Assembly (NCBI RefSeq): GCF_021028975.2
Contig: NC_059427.1
Location: forward strand, 16,988,001 to 17,052,000
Direction: 5' to 3'
Length of the DNA stretch: 64,000 nucleotides
DNA from: Sphaerodactylus townsendi
Lineage: Eukaryota
A program made the translations under genes and the position numbers. The notes beneath the pieces are model-generated. The model did no database searches, was not told the origin of the DNA, and was given only the letters and a program-made list of their open reading frames with translations. Positions 11,303 to 24,539 of the stretch are shown here, in pieces (the first letter of the stretch is position 1; each line of letters starts with the position of its first letter).

Positions 11303-12824
11303 TCTATACTGCCACTCTGCCATGGGAGCGCAACTTACTGGATGACCTTGGACCAGCTGGGTACTCTCTCTCATCTTGACCCACCTTACAATGTTACTGC
11401 TGTAAAAATAGGGGGGCGGTAATGTGTGCCTCCCTGAACTAAAGAATGTACTAAAATGTATTAATGTCCATTTTTAAAATGTACTAAACCCATCAATAAT
11501 ACTTTCTCCTGCACCCCATCAGAATAGGTTGGTCAGGTGCTCCTGAGGTGGCAGAAGCCAATTACCTCTGAGCTGATGAACAAGTCCAGCCAACCCCATG
11601 ATCCAACAGAGAGATGGGATTATGTTATTATTGTGTAGATGTCATATTATGGAGGGGGGGCTCCATATTACATTACTCTTTTTGTTCATCTTTAAATGCT
11701 TTGCCTGCTTCCTTTGGTTCTTTTTTTTTGGGGGGGGGGGGGCTAGTCCTGTTTCTGTGCCTCCAGCAGAAACATGGCATGCAGAAGTGAAGCCCATGAA
11801 GCTTTTTTTGTGGGGGGAGGAAAGGCTATGAAAATAAGTAGCACAAAAAGCTTCCGCCGCTAAATTGTGGCGTGTCAGGTTGCCATTAATGGGTTCTGGA
11901 GGAGGGCTAGTCAAAAAGCTAGCAAGCAGCTCAGAGGAAGATTCTGGAGCACTGGAATTTTGCGCATAACTCCCAAGTTCCAAACTCACGGACTCCAGTC
12001 ACCTTCTGACACCCCTACCTATTGCCACTACACTACACTATCCTATTGCCACTACACTATTCCAGGAAATAACCCAACTTCTTAAACATCTATCCACATT
12101 CACACTAAATGGCTTTACTCTGAGCCAAATAACTGGTCTATCAAGGTCTATTTTGTCTGACTTTCACCTGTTCCTTTTTTTAAAAATTGGAAGTGTCACA
12201 GATTGAATTTTGGGGGTTTCTGCGTGCCACTGAGTCACAGCCACTTCACAGAGAATGGGAAGTAAGAATAAATAATGCAAGCAGAGAATTACATGGATTT
12301 ATCTGAGTCATACTTGCATATAAATCTTCACTTTAATAGGCATCATATGCAACTGGAACAGTTTCATATCAAAATCAACATGAAAATACATTGTCTTATC
12401 ACTGACTTTTGAATTTTTTTCCAAAACTAGAAAATGGTATACAATTTGTATGATTTTATATGATTGCATGAAATTGCAGAACTAGAAAATGGTATACAAT
12501 TTGCATGATTTTATATGTGCATAGCATGATTTACTATAATTTGGCACAATAGTTGGAGTTTCTCTTCAGAGGATTCAGACATTGTTCCATAGTATAAATA
12601 TTTGTCCTGCCTTAGGATAGGTGATCAACAGTGCATTTCTAAGAATATTTCCTGAGAATGTACTGCCTACTGAATAGATATTATGAGTAGACCTGATCAT
12701 TTGCAAGTCGTACGTATCCTGTACACTTCTACTGTTGTAAGAGACTGTCTCTGTCAAAAGGCAAAAAAATCATCCTGTGTGTGAATGTGTTTCTGCTTCA
12801 CTGCAATTTGTCCAGGATAAAATC

Positions 12825-13339
12825 TCACTGGTAAAGTCTCAGCTCTGTTCCTGGCCATACCCAGAGCCAAGGGAGGAATCTCTCCTGACCAAAAGTAGCA
12901 GATGAAAAAACATAGATCAAAGCTGCTGTATCGGCATCAAAAAAGGCCACCTGATCCTCTTCATAGTCCAGAAAAACCTGGATCCTCCGGGGCCAGCTGT
13001 TCAGGGACAGGGTGGTCACAGGGTAAGTCAGAGCCTCAAAGTAATCTCCATACTGTTGTAGTGCCCAGATCTGCTCCTCAGGGCTAGGGATGATTTCTCC
13101 TTTTCGCCTCACAGATTCTTTGGCGAAGCCCACAGCCCAGTATCTCCCACTCCCCACTTCAACTTCCCAGTAGTGTCTCCCTGATATGAATCCCTCACAG
13201 CCCAACACGCATGGATAAGTATCAAATCTCTCGGGACTGTCAGATACATCCTGCCATATATCTCCCAGTCGCACGCTCTTCTGGTCGGCAGAGAGGATGA
13301 GGAATGGGTTTGCAGTATCTGGGTCCAGAGTCACATTCA
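12825..13339 (-). CDS. TRIM-B exon 7 (PRY-SPRY/B30.2)
   Basis: VNVTLDPDTANPFLILS..SGRHYWEVEV..IQVFLDYEEDQVAFFD. Confidence 0.95.
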
Positions 13340-16300
13340 CTTGGAGGGTAGAGAACATAGGAGAAGAGAGTCAGAAGTAGTTGCGGCAAAGAGTGAAAAT
13401 CAGAGCATAAGTCTGGTCATGTCAAACAATAATGGCTGTAGCCAGTGGTGGGATCCAAAAATTTTAGTAACAGGTTCCCATGGTGGTAGGATTCAAATTG
13501 TGGCGTAGCGCCAATGGGGCTGGGCGGGACACAACGGGGGCGTGGCCAGGCATTCCGGGGCGGGGCATTCCGGGGCGGGGCTGTGGCAAGGACACAGCCA
13601 CTGCGCAGGTCCTTGGGCGGGAAACGAATGGACGCAGGCGCAGGCTGCCACGCACGCCGGTACACCTCCTGCTAGACTGCTTCAAGTTCTGCGCGCTACT
13701 GCTGAGAGGAGGCAAAAATCACGTGGCAAAATCACCAATTAGTAACCCCCTCTCGGCACACACAAATAATTAGTAACCTACTCTTGGGAACCTTTGGGAA
13801 CCTGTGAGAACCTGCTGGATCCCACCTCTGGCTGTAGCTGAAATGTGTACACAAGAACTCACCTCTTCTGCCTGTTCTTTTTGCAACCTCAGCAAAGGGC
13901 AGGTCAAACAATCTTCGCCTCCCTTTTGGGGTCCCCAGTGCATGTTTTAACAAGGATGGGCTTTTCAGTTCAGACGGCAGAGCGTCTAGTGAGGGAAAGA
14001 GAAAGAAAAAGTAGCTTCCACATGCTCAAGTGCTTAGGTCAGTGGTCCTCAAGCAGGAAACTCTTTCTACATCTTCTTATCAGCTGAGGAGCCCATAGGT
14101 TTGCCTGGAGGTTCAGGAACACATTGTAGGGCACACAATTCATGTAAGGCTTATTTGGCCCTACTGTCACTTTAGAACAGGGCCCCCCAACCTTTTTGAG
14201 CCTGTGGGCATGTAGGATAGTGAGCACAGCACAAAACAGGAAGTGGAGACAACAACAAAAATGGCTGCCGCAGGGATATAATTTTAAAAACATACTGGAG
14301 AAGAAGAGTGAAAGAATAAAACCAACACTATGGCGGCAGCTTCCACTGAAATACTGTTATTTTAATCTGCATCGCCGATCACCAGTGGCCAAACAGAAAT
14401 GCTGATGGACAAGCACCTAATCTAGTCCCACCCCCTTTCTAAAAATACTTAGTGGGCACCAAGAAAGATGTTCGTGAACATCACACTGGGAATCCCTGCT
14501 TTAACATGTACAGAGAATGCGACCTAGAACGCACCCAACGTTCCCAACATTCACACATTCATTGTCATGGTATGTAAGCCATAGTTCAAAGGAACTTGTC
14601 AGTCATTACTGATCTTCTCACTAAAGAGTCCCAATAACCTTCTCAGAAGTCTCAGGCATCCCTGTAACTCAATTTGAAAATCACTTGAGCGGGACATTAC
14701 TGCAGACTTCACACATGGAGAAATTAGTACCATCAAGATCACAACAAACTGGGCTGCCGGCTGGGAGCCGGGGGGCAGGCTTGGGGGGAGGGTGTTCTCG
14801 GGCTTCATTGGTCCCGCCCATGTCGATGATGACATGGGTGGGTCTGAGGGCATCCAAAGACGACAAGGCAGCAGGACTTGCCATCTTCCTGGTCACGTGG
14901 GGAGGGGGGCGATTTTGCACTCCCATGTTAGTGGCGCCCAGAGACAGAGGGTACCCCTCATCCATAGGCAGATATGCCACTGGGGTGGGGTCATGTGGGG
15001 CTTTTGCCCAGAAGGACTTCTGATTGACTGCAGATTTTTTTAAAAAATGTTGCTTCAGCAGCAGCTTCCACTGAAGCACAAGGACCTTCACTGTGTGACT
15101 TAACGTAAGCTTTGCAGCCATTTTTTGGCTGACTCTACCTCCTGAGGCAGTCATTTTATAGATGGCCCACCACACTGTCAGAATTCCAGAGGTGCCCTTG
15201 GGATAAAAAAGGATGAGGGATCCCTGGGCTCGAGACTTACTTTTTTAAAAAAAATGAAAGCCAGGAATTCAGAGAACCTGCTTAGCCAATCGTTACAATG
15301 GGATCTTAATATATTAGCACCATTTTTTTAAAATGAAGTCATGATATCGATGTAAGCATGCCCAAAATACCAAAAGGATGTATGCACTGTCATGCTACCA
15401 TGTACGCCACAGATGACAATAACACGCTCCCTTGAAAAATTCTGATTATTATGGGTGTAATGGAGGATAGAAGGGTAGATTAAAAATATAGCTATATGTA
15501 TAAAATAATGACCAAAGCAGCACATGCAACAATAGCTTTAAGCTGGAAAGAAAAGAAAAAATGGACAATCCAGAAATGGTTGGAATATATCTGGGAACAA
15601 GTGACACTGGACATTTTCGATATAATAACAAAAAATAAACTGTGGCAAGATAAACAGAATGAAATTCTGAAGATATGGACAATATATGTGGACTGGATGA
15701 AAGAAGCTGGAGTCAATGAGGTGATATGGGAGAAGAGATTACAAAGAATGAACTTACTGCTATTTGTTTGATAAAACAATGAAGAAAATACAGGGGGGAG
15801 GGGAAAATGTATTGTTTGAAAACGAATGAAGAAAAGTATTAATATAAAATGGAATATTCAAATGATACGGTAAAAAATTATAAAAATAAAAAAAATTCTG
15901 ATTATTTAAGGCACATGATCAACCCAAAAGCAAATATACAAAGCAATAGCCCATTTCAGCCAGTAATATTATTTCCTGTTTGTTCCAGCTCTGATACCTT
16001 TGAATTTCTTTCTGATTTCTTCTAGATTCATGCTTTCCTCAGAAAATGCATTCAGCCTTTTTTCTAGATCGAGATGATGCTCCATTGGCTGCTGGATCTT
16101 CTGATGTTCACACCTGGAAGGAGATAAAGGCTGAAACCTACATTCTGGAACAAGATTACTACGAAATACCAGACCACAGCCACACAGCCTGGAAAACCCA
16201 CCACCACCAGTTGAATCCGGCCGTGAAAGCCTTCGACAATATGTTCGACATGTTTCCCAATGCTGAACCTGTTGCCCAGGTTTAGTACAGTAGCGGATAA

Positions 16301-19300
16301 TTGCCTACTTCAGGTTGCCATCAAAAGATGGTAAGAGCAAGGAAGGAAAGATCACATACCTGTTTAAGATGTTTGTGAGATCCTGGAAACAAAGAGAGAA
16401 ATGGAAAGTGAAATAATGCTCATCAAGACCACTCGTGCCTCTATCGCTATTTATTGGGGCCATCATATGGTGAAGGCCTGGTCTTCGTATGCAGTGGAGG
16501 CCAGAATAAAATGTGATGCTAGCGAGGCAGACAGCTTATCCATGCAATTGGCTCAGGGTTTTATTTAAGGCATGCTACAACCATGTGTGCAACCATGTGT
16601 GCTTTATCAACACAGCAGCACAACATCTGTAAGAACTACAGATTTCTGGGGTGTAAAGTAAGCACATGTAGCTTAAAAGTTTCTAATGAATATGTCCCAG
16701 CCTTTATACCGCAGCACTGATTTTAACAGTGTGAAGGGCTGCTTTCCATGGTTGTTTACATCTCCTTTGCAAAAGCAGAGGTCTGTTTTGTAAATGGGTT
16801 GTCTACTTTGGCAAAATATTTTTCAGGGAATTTTGAACTGATAGGTCCTGAACTGATAGGTCCTGCAAGAAATGAATGAGTGACAGGATTATGCTCATCT
16901 TTGAAGTATTTGTTTCTCCCCAACAGGCAATATAAGAGATGACCCTCCAAAGATCTTGAGGGATATGCTCTAAGACTGCTTTCAAGTACTGTGAGGCCCA
17001 AGATCAAACATTTCAGATAAGCTTCTCCCACAGTTGATGTTATGAACACCTCACATCAGGGAGCTGCCTTTTTGGCATATATCAAAAATATTTTTGTTGT
17101 ACCATTTCTGTGTCAAGTTCAGTCAACAAGGGCATAAAGACAGTGTTTGTGGATGGCTAACTGCCCAGTTATAGAAGTCATCTTCACTGACGAATGACCA
17201 GACTTGGATAATCTGTGAATTATGATTGAAGTCTAGAAAATTATGCATGGGATAGAAAATGCTGACAGAGAGAAATTTTTCTCTCTTTCTCACAATACTA
17301 GAACCAGGGGGCATACATGGAAAATGCTGGGGGGAAGAATTAGGACTAATAAAAGGAAACACTTCTTCACACAACATGTGATTGGTGTTTGGAATATGCT
17401 GCCACAGGAGGTGGTGATGGCCACTAACCTGGATAGCTTTAAAAGGGGCTTGGACAGATTTATGGAGGAGAAGTCGATCTATGGCTACCAATCTTGATCC
17501 TCTTTGATCTGAGATTGCAAATGCCTTAACAGACCAGGTGCTCGGGAGCAACAGCCACAGAAGGCCATTGCTTTCACATCCTGCATGTGAGCTTCCAATG
17601 GCACCTGGTGGGCCACTGCGAGTAGCAGAGAGCTGGACTAGATGGACTCTGGTCTGATCCAGCTGGCTTGTTCTTATGTTCTTAATGTTATCTGGTTAAC
17701 TGAAGCAAGAAAGTCAAAGGACATGGGAAGGCAAATAAAAAAGGTTCCCTAGAAATATGTCCTGGGATCACATATGGGTGATCAATTAGCTCCTGAACAC
17801 AAGCAAAACCCTTATCTCCAAATTCCAAAGGGAGTGGGGAAGGGGTGCAACTTCACACCAGCAGCCTACCTTGTTCCTCATACATGTTCTCACCTGCAGA
17901 AATTCATTTGCTGGATGGCTACACTTCTCTTCTATCTCACTGATGAGGTCACTGAGATTTGAAATCTCTTCCGACAGTTTGAAAGTGATGGCCTTTTTCT
18001 CCTTTATCAGCTCATTCTCTAGTTGTTCCATCTTGGCAAGCAGAAGTTGTTCTTGATCCCCCAGAAACTGATGCAGCAGCTTGAATTCAGACACGACCCT
18101 CTTCCCTTCATTGCCCAACCTTTCCTATAAGGAGCAGATACAAAGAGTGAGTGGGCAACACAGCTGAGCATTTCATAATACAGTTCGTAAGACTCATTCA
18201 GACCCAAAGAGAACATTATGACTTGTGGAGGAAACTACCAGGTCTTATATTAATTTTTGCTCCAAAAGATGCATTAGGGCTTATTCTCAGGCTCATTCCA
18301 CACATGCAGAATAATACACTTTCAAACTGCTTTCAATGCTCTTTGAAGCTGTGCGGAATGGCAAAATCCACTTGCAAACAGTTGTGAAAGTGGTTTGAAA
18401 ATGCATTATTTTGCGTGTGCGGAAGGGGCCTCAGGGAATGTCTTATTTTTTCCATGATTTTGCGCCCCCCCCCCCATGTGACCAGATCAGCTGCACCAGG
18501 GAATATGTAACTAGGGCTTATTTTTGGAGTAGGTCTTATATTCTTGGTGGAATGCTTTACCATCTGCTGTCTGGGCCCTGTGGGACCTTGGTGAGTTCCG
18601 CAGGGCCTGTAAGACCGAGTTATTCCACCGGGCCTTTGGGGATGCCGGCTGCAGACTGCCTGCCCCCTCTGCAGCCCCCACGACAGTTTTGCCATCTTCA
18701 GCATTGCCTGATCGCTGATTCCATCCATTTTTGGGCAATGCTGGCCCTCCTGGCCTTTGGGTTGGGCGCCATCTGTGCATGCATCTGTGCATGTATTTTT
18801 ATCTGTAATTTCTGGAATTGCTGTTATAATGTATTTTAATGTATTTTAATGTTTTATCGTTATATTGTATTTATGAGACCTTATACTGTATTTGTTTTAT
18901 GTCTCATTGTACACCGCCCAGAGCCCTTCGGGGGTTGGACGGTCTATTAAGCCGAATAAATAATAATAATATATTTCAAGCATCCTCTAAAAATTCCAAA
19001 ATATAATGCTAGGGCTTATTTTCGGGGTAGGTCTTATTTGTGGGGAAACGGTATCTCCTGATGTCATAGAAGCATTTGAATAATCAGGATGAGGGAGGCT
19101 GAACAACATATAGCTGCTAAAGCCCTCCTCTCACATTTCCATTCAGAATCATAGGACTAAATAGTGTGTGTCCACAAGACCAGGTTACACAGTGACCCTT
19201 AATGCATGTCTTCAGTCAAGGTTCTCTTAATGCTATCATTAATATATTCATGGTTTTGCTTCATTGTGTTTGAGGGATTAATACAAAATGAGAGCAACTC

Positions 19301-22068
19301 TAGATGAACCCCCAGCTATTGCATCGCATGTACTTATTGCAAAATTACATAAGCTACTGGGGATCTATGACCATATGACAAGCAATTCAGCTGCAAAGAT
19401 CAATTCAGGGAGGTTTTGGATCAGGGCAATGGCCTTCAGGAAGGGGAGAACTTGATTCTTCCCTCCTGCACTGTTTCCCTAATCAAAAATTCGATCTAGC
19501 TGAGTTTTGGGGAGCAATTACTGATGGCAGCGCCCAAGATTCTCCTGGGGGCTGTTTTGGGCCAGAGAAGTTATGTGGGTTAAGATTCCTCTCCTACATA
19601 TGCTTGTAAGTGTGGTGAAGTCACATCCAACCTATGGTGACCCCAAGAAGAACAGGCAATTAAGCAGAGGTCGTTTGTAATTGACTTTTTCTGCAGAGGG
19701 CTCCTTAGAGGCCCTTCTTTCAAGCATGAACTTCTTAGCTTCCAAGATCTGGCAAGATTGGCTTTATCCCTCCCACACTACAATCTCAATCCAAAGTAGG
19801 CCATTTCTCTTGACAGCCCAGATGTCAGCCACAATTGTTAAATTGACCTTCATCAGAGTTGGGCACCCAACCAGTAATGGTTGCCTCCATTTTTTTCCAC
19901 GACCAGTGGCATGATAGCCAAGGATTCACAAATGAAATCATCCCATTTGTTTCACCTCCATACTCGGAGACGGTTCCCTTGTTGATTTGCTGCGGTTGTT
20001 GAGGCACCGACAGAAACATCATGGGCAACTCTAAATTGATGGCTTACTAGAAATTGCCTGCTTCTTCTCTCTTCATCTATCTTCAGGGTCTGGAGTTTGT
20101 CTCTCCTTTGCCTCAAGGTCTTCAGTTCCATCTGAAACTGGTACTTGGGAGAGAAAAAAAACATTTCACTGGGATGTAAGGAATTTGTATGGAGGCTGAA
20201 AGAGAATAAATGCCCTATAAATTATTAGAGAGCCTTTGTTATTATTCAGTTTTCCTGTATGTGATACATGCAATGTTAGAGACAGCATAGTGTAGGGCAG
20301 GTGAACTCCAATCTGGAGAACCAGGTTTGATTCCCCACTCCTCCATGTGAACAGTGGAGTCTTATCTGGTGAACCAGATTTGTTACCTCCCTCTTACATT
20401 GGTGCTGGGTAACCTTGAGCTAGTCACAGTTCCTCCGAACACTCTCAGCTCCACCTACCTCACAAGGCATCTGTTGCGGGGAGAGGAAGGGAAAGGAGTT
20501 TGTAAGCACCTTTGAATCTCCTTAAAAGAGAAAAGTAGGGTATCAAAATGAACTCTTTTAATTCTTATTTCCTATAACTACACAATAACTACTGTAAGCT
20601 TTTTTAAAAAAAGGAATCCCTTGCTCAAGCCATGACTGAACAGACAGAAAGAAAGAAAAACAGAGAGTTAACTGTCTGAACTACTTTGAAAAAGGTTCGG
20701 GAGAGGTAAAAAAAAAGATGAAATGGGAATATGTTCTCAGGTCCTGGATAGCTTTAAAAAGGGCTTGGACAGATTTATGGAGGAGCAGTCGATCTATGGC
20801 TACCAATCTTGACCCTCCTTGATCTCAGATTGCAAATGCCTTAGCAGACCAGGTGCTCAGGAGCAGCAGCAACAGCAGCAGAAGGCCATTGCTTTCACAT
20901 CCTGCACGTGAGCTCCCAAAGGCACCTGGTGGGCCACTGCGAGTAGCAGAGTGCTGGACTAGATGGACTCTGTTCTGATCCAGCAGGCTAGTTCTTATGT
21001 TCTTATCTCCAACCGCTGATTTTTCTCATATTTTGAATACATAAATATTCCTTATAAAAGTCAGCCCAGTGTAATGTTCTGATCAGTTAAACCTATAATA
21101 TTCTGCATGAAAAAAACTGGTGGTATTTTTTGTTAATTGCTAACCATTTCCATACCCCAGCCAACATAGGCCCCTTCCGCACACGCAAAATAATGCATTT
21201 TCAAACCACTTTCACAACTGTTTGCAAGTGGATTTTGCTATTCCACACAGCTTTAAAGAGCACTGAAAGCAGTTTGAAAGTGCATTATTCTGCATGTGCG
21301 GAACGAGCCATAGAGTCATGGTTAGGGTGTCAAACGGGATCTAGGAGACGCAGGTTTGAAGCCCCGCTTTGCCAATGCGGCCACTTACTCTTTGTCAGCC
21401 TAACCTACCCCACAAGGCTGTTGTGAGGCTAGAATGGTGGGAGAACGAGCTCCCTGGAGAGAGGGCATACTAAAAATGTGTGAAACAAATAAGTTTTTTC
21501 CTGAATAGCTTCTCTCTCTCATGAAGCCCTGAAGTGTGGCAGAGGACCCTGAACCTCAGTTGATGAGGCTTCTCCTAAGATCCCTTTGTGAGCTGGGAGA
21601 TAATAATGCGAGATAATTGCCAGCGAAGAACAGAACTACCTTATAATCCTGGGCAGCCTCCTCAACAGGGATCACGGTGTGATGCCGATGTTCCCGGGAG
21701 ATTTCACACAACAGGCAGATCTGGATTTTATCATCTTTGCAGAAAATCCTCAGGAGTTCCTGGTGCTTTTCGCACAGTCGCTGCTCTTCCCGGTCTTGCA
21801 CCCCGGCTGCTTCTCGGTGCCAACACTGGACTGTTTCGGCAATTCGTGCCAGATGCTGGTTGTCCGAGGAGTTTCTTAGCGGGTTGTTTTCCCCGCACTC
21901 AGGGCAAGAGTAAGACGCATCTCCCTCCACTTCCTCCCAGCACTGTGCAATGCAGGCTCGGCAGAAATTGTGCCCGCAGGGTGTGGATACAGGGTCTTGG
22001 AAGTAGCCTAGGCAAACGGGGCACGAAGCTTCCTTCTTGAGGTTGGCGAAGAAGGGGGTTGCATCCAT
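12825..22068 (-). CDS. TRIM-B: RING/B-box/coiled-coil/PRY-SPRY E3 ubiquitin ligase (TRIM27/39/7-like), ~510 aa
   Basis: Exons 22068-21640, 20143-20048, 18124-17894, 16382-16360, 16113-15998, 13985-13863, 13339-12825. All are AG/GT bounded and join in frame. Confidence 0.92.
13443..13830. mobile_element. hAT element (cagtggtgggatcc family)
   Basis: TSD gctgtagc. Confidence 0.88.
13863..13985 (-). CDS. TRIM-B exon 6 (123 nt linker)
   Basis: cactag|(D)ALPSELKSPSLLKHALGTPKGRRRLFDLPFAEVAKRTGRR|GTGAGT. Confidence 0.8.
15490..15895 (+). mobile_element. L1-type LINE 3' end
   Basis: Trp-rich ORF2 C-terminus (IALSWK..WLEYIWE) and A-rich tail. Confidence 0.6.
15998..16113 (-). CDS. TRIM-B exon 5 (116 nt)
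   Basis: CEHQKIQQPMEHHLDLEKRLNAFSEESMNLEEIRKKFK|GTATC. Confidence 0.88.
16360..16382 (-). CDS. TRIM-B exon 4 (23 nt)
   Basis: ttccag|DLTNILNR|GTATGT. Confidence 0.85.
17222..17683 (+). mobile_element. Young CR1 3' fragment
   Basis: ORF 17243-17497 and the same tail; shorter copies at 8229-8399 and 20744-21006. Confidence 0.9.
17894..18124 (-). CDS. TRIM-B exon 3 (231 nt, coiled-coil)
   Basis: ERLGNEGKRVVSEF...CSHPANEFLQ|GTGAG. Confidence 0.92.
20048..20143 (-). CDS. TRIM-B exon 2 (96 nt)
   Basis: YQFQMELKTLRQRRDKLQTLKIDEERRSRQFL|GTAAG. Confidence 0.9.
21640..22068 (-). CDS. TRIM-B exon 1 (C3HC4 RING + B-box2)
   Basis: MDATPFF..CPVCLGYFQDPVSTPCGHNFCRAC..CPEC..CEKHQELL..AAQDYK|GT. Confidence 0.93.
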
Positions 22069-22084
22069 GATCGTCTTCGCCCGC

Positions 22085-22097
22085 AGTTTCGCTTTCC
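22085..22097 (-). promoter_or_regulatory. ISRE/IRF element upstream of TRIM-B
   Basis: Identical AGTTTCGCTTTCC just upstream of the ATG; CCAAT box gattggctga at 22139-22148. Confidence 0.72.
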
Positions 22098-22631
22098 CCA
22101 CTCCGCTGGGATTTGCAACGGATTAGCTCGGTGTCTCTGATTGGCTGAGAGGAGAGGCAGTCGATTCCTGCACACGGCAAGGAAGAACTACGGGAGCAAA
22201 TCAGAGTTTAAAGCTAGAACTTGTTCCCTTTGGGTGGCAGCAGTTCTACCCACCAATTCCCTTTGGGTGGCAGCAGTTCTGCCTACCTTTAAGATGGAAA
22301 TTCTGACCTCCAAAGCGTCTGCTGTTTCCCCTTTTCTCTGGAGTCTGTGGCACAAGGAACTGCTTTATGCTGACTGGGACGATTGGTCCCTGTCTTCGCT
22401 CTGGTTGGCTCTGACCTCACTCACAGGCAGGGCATTTCCTAATCCCGATACCAGTTAAACTAGAAATGCCAGGGAGGTGTATGTGCTGNNNNNNNNNNNN
22501 NNNNNNNNNNNNNNNNNNNNNNNNNNNNNNNNNNNNNNNNNNNNNNNNNNNNNNNNNNNNNNNNNNNNNNNNNNNNNNNNNNNNNNNNNNNNNNNNNNNN
22601 NNNNNNNNNNNNNNNNNNNNNNNNNNNNNNN

Positions 22632-22849
22632 AAATAAGACAGTGTCTTATATTAATTTTTGCTCCCAAAGATGTGCTGTGTCTTATTTTCAGGGGATGTC
22701 TTATTTTTCTGTGTTCTGTTCGTCGGGCATGCTTCCAAACAAAAACTTTGCTACGTCTTACTTTCGGGGGATGCCTTATATTTCATAATTCAGCAAAACC
22801 TCTACTACGTCTTATTTTCAGGGGATGTCTTATATTCGGGGAAACAGGG
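22632..22849. mobile_element. Tc1/mariner-type MITE (left end lies in an N-run)
   Basis: Near-identical to 10724-10937; ends ggggaaacaggg|ta. Confidence 0.8.
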
Positions 22850-24483
22850 TAGGTAGGTAGAGTCAGTTTGTCCGCAGAAACTGCAGCCCATGTTGTCTTT
22901 TGAAATTCTGCCAATGAGTCTTTAGAGTGCTGGATTGTGGAGGCCTGTGAGCAAAAGTTTGAGGTGCAATTGGATAGTTCTCTTTAAGCTTATCCTTTCT
23001 CATCGGGTTATTGTGAAAAATAAAATAGGGGGGGGGATAATCATTCATGCTACTCTCAGCTCCTTGGAGAAAGGGCAGGATTTAAAAATACACACACATT
23101 TAAAAATGCAGTGTCTTGAGATAATGTCAAGGAGACCTTTGTGGATAAATCTAATTTGGGGGTATCAGTTGCATGCCTAGCCCGCCTCCAGTAATCAGGC
23201 ACATGCGTCACTTTTTAACTCTGGTCTTGTTATCAACTCTAGTCGTGTTACACACTGCCACAAGTTATAGTCATGGCCACTATCTTAGATATCTTTAAAA
23301 GGGGTTTAGATCAATCTTTGGAGGGTAGTCCAAAATCAAAAGCCATGTCATGTTTTTAAAACCTCCTGAACTAACACAAGATTTTTACAAGTGTTCATGT
23401 TCCCCAGAACTCCTCACCAGATTGGATGTTGCCAAAAATGAAATGGATTTTATACAGCAGGGCTGTTCTTATGGGTTTACTTCCATTATCTGTAAAATGG
23501 GCGCACTGCTGGCATTTTTGCTGCAGTAATTTTTGAAGATTTAAAAGCTGTGATCTGTGGAAGTCCTTGGAGACAAAATTTCTAATTTCTGTGTGTCCTT
23601 TTTCCTTATAGGCAATAAGCAATCAAAGGGATCAAAAGGCCAGGCTATTATAATGCACATGCCCTCACTAGTTGACTACTGTTATCTTCATAGTTACTCA
23701 CATGCTAAATGAGTGGATCCCACCCAACACATGCAAATCAAGCTTGCTAATTGCACCCTTTACACTTGTTAACAGGCAAATGGTTCTTATATACTCCACT
23801 TACTTTACTACCATCAGATCCTCTGAAAATGCGAGCCGCAGATGCAGGCAAAACTTCAGGAGAAAATGCTACTAGAACATGGCCATACAGCCTGGAAAAC
23901 ACACAACCCCCCAGTGATTCTGGCCATGAAAGCCTTCGACAATACTTGTCAGGGATGCTCTACTGATCCTGCATTGAGCGGGGCGTTGGACTAGATGGCA
24001 TGTATGGTCCCTTCCTATTCTATGATTCTAAATTTAAAAAAAAGCAGTGATGACAGAGAATTCTGCTTAGCTTTCCAATACCTGTCAATTAATCTCCTGG
24101 CAAAAAGGGCACCTTGATTAATCTAAATTCACATTAGTTCTGGCACAACAATAGGATGCTTTTAGAGAATTTTTGCGTTGATTTTCCTTTTATCACCTTT
24201 CCCCCCCAAGTCCTGCCCTGATGAGAACTAAACATGCTTCCCCAATGATGGAATGTTGAGAGCAGTTGAGCATCAGTTAAGGGGGTGGGTGGGGGGGGTG
24301 GGGGGGAAGAGATCAGGGACAATTAGCCTCCCTCACTCCCCCCTTCCAGGTTTCCAGCTTGGGTGTCTTATTAAACCACTGATTTTTCTCTCCAGATTGC
24401 ATATCTCTTTTAGGCCTTCCTGCAGTACACAGAGGGTTACATTTCTCAGCAGCTGGAGCGCTCAGCCGTAATCCTCTGTCTGG

Positions 24484-24494
24484 CTCAGCCAATC
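24484..24494 (+). promoter_or_regulatory. CCAAT (NF-Y) box upstream of TRIM-C
   Basis: ctcagccaatc ~50 nt before the ATG; the same motif precedes the paralogues. Confidence 0.5.
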
Positions 24495-24539
24495 GGCCAG
24501 AATGACGAAAGAGCACTGAGCGGAGAAGTCAGAGCTACC

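Noticed and set aside
10734-11379. ORFs over MITE/hAT copies (also 13417-13773, 28732-29046, 63209-63790)
   Set aside because: Chance frames in non-autonomous transposons; no transposase motifs.
12825-13358. Stand-alone PRY-SPRY ORFs as vespryn/ohanin-like secreted proteins
   Set aside because: Each is the terminal exon of a complete TRIM gene; no signal-peptide exon was seen.
22489-22631. 143-nt N-run as another masked 5S gene
   Set aside because: The flanks are unrelated to the array and the run overlaps the end of a MITE; its content cannot be inferred.
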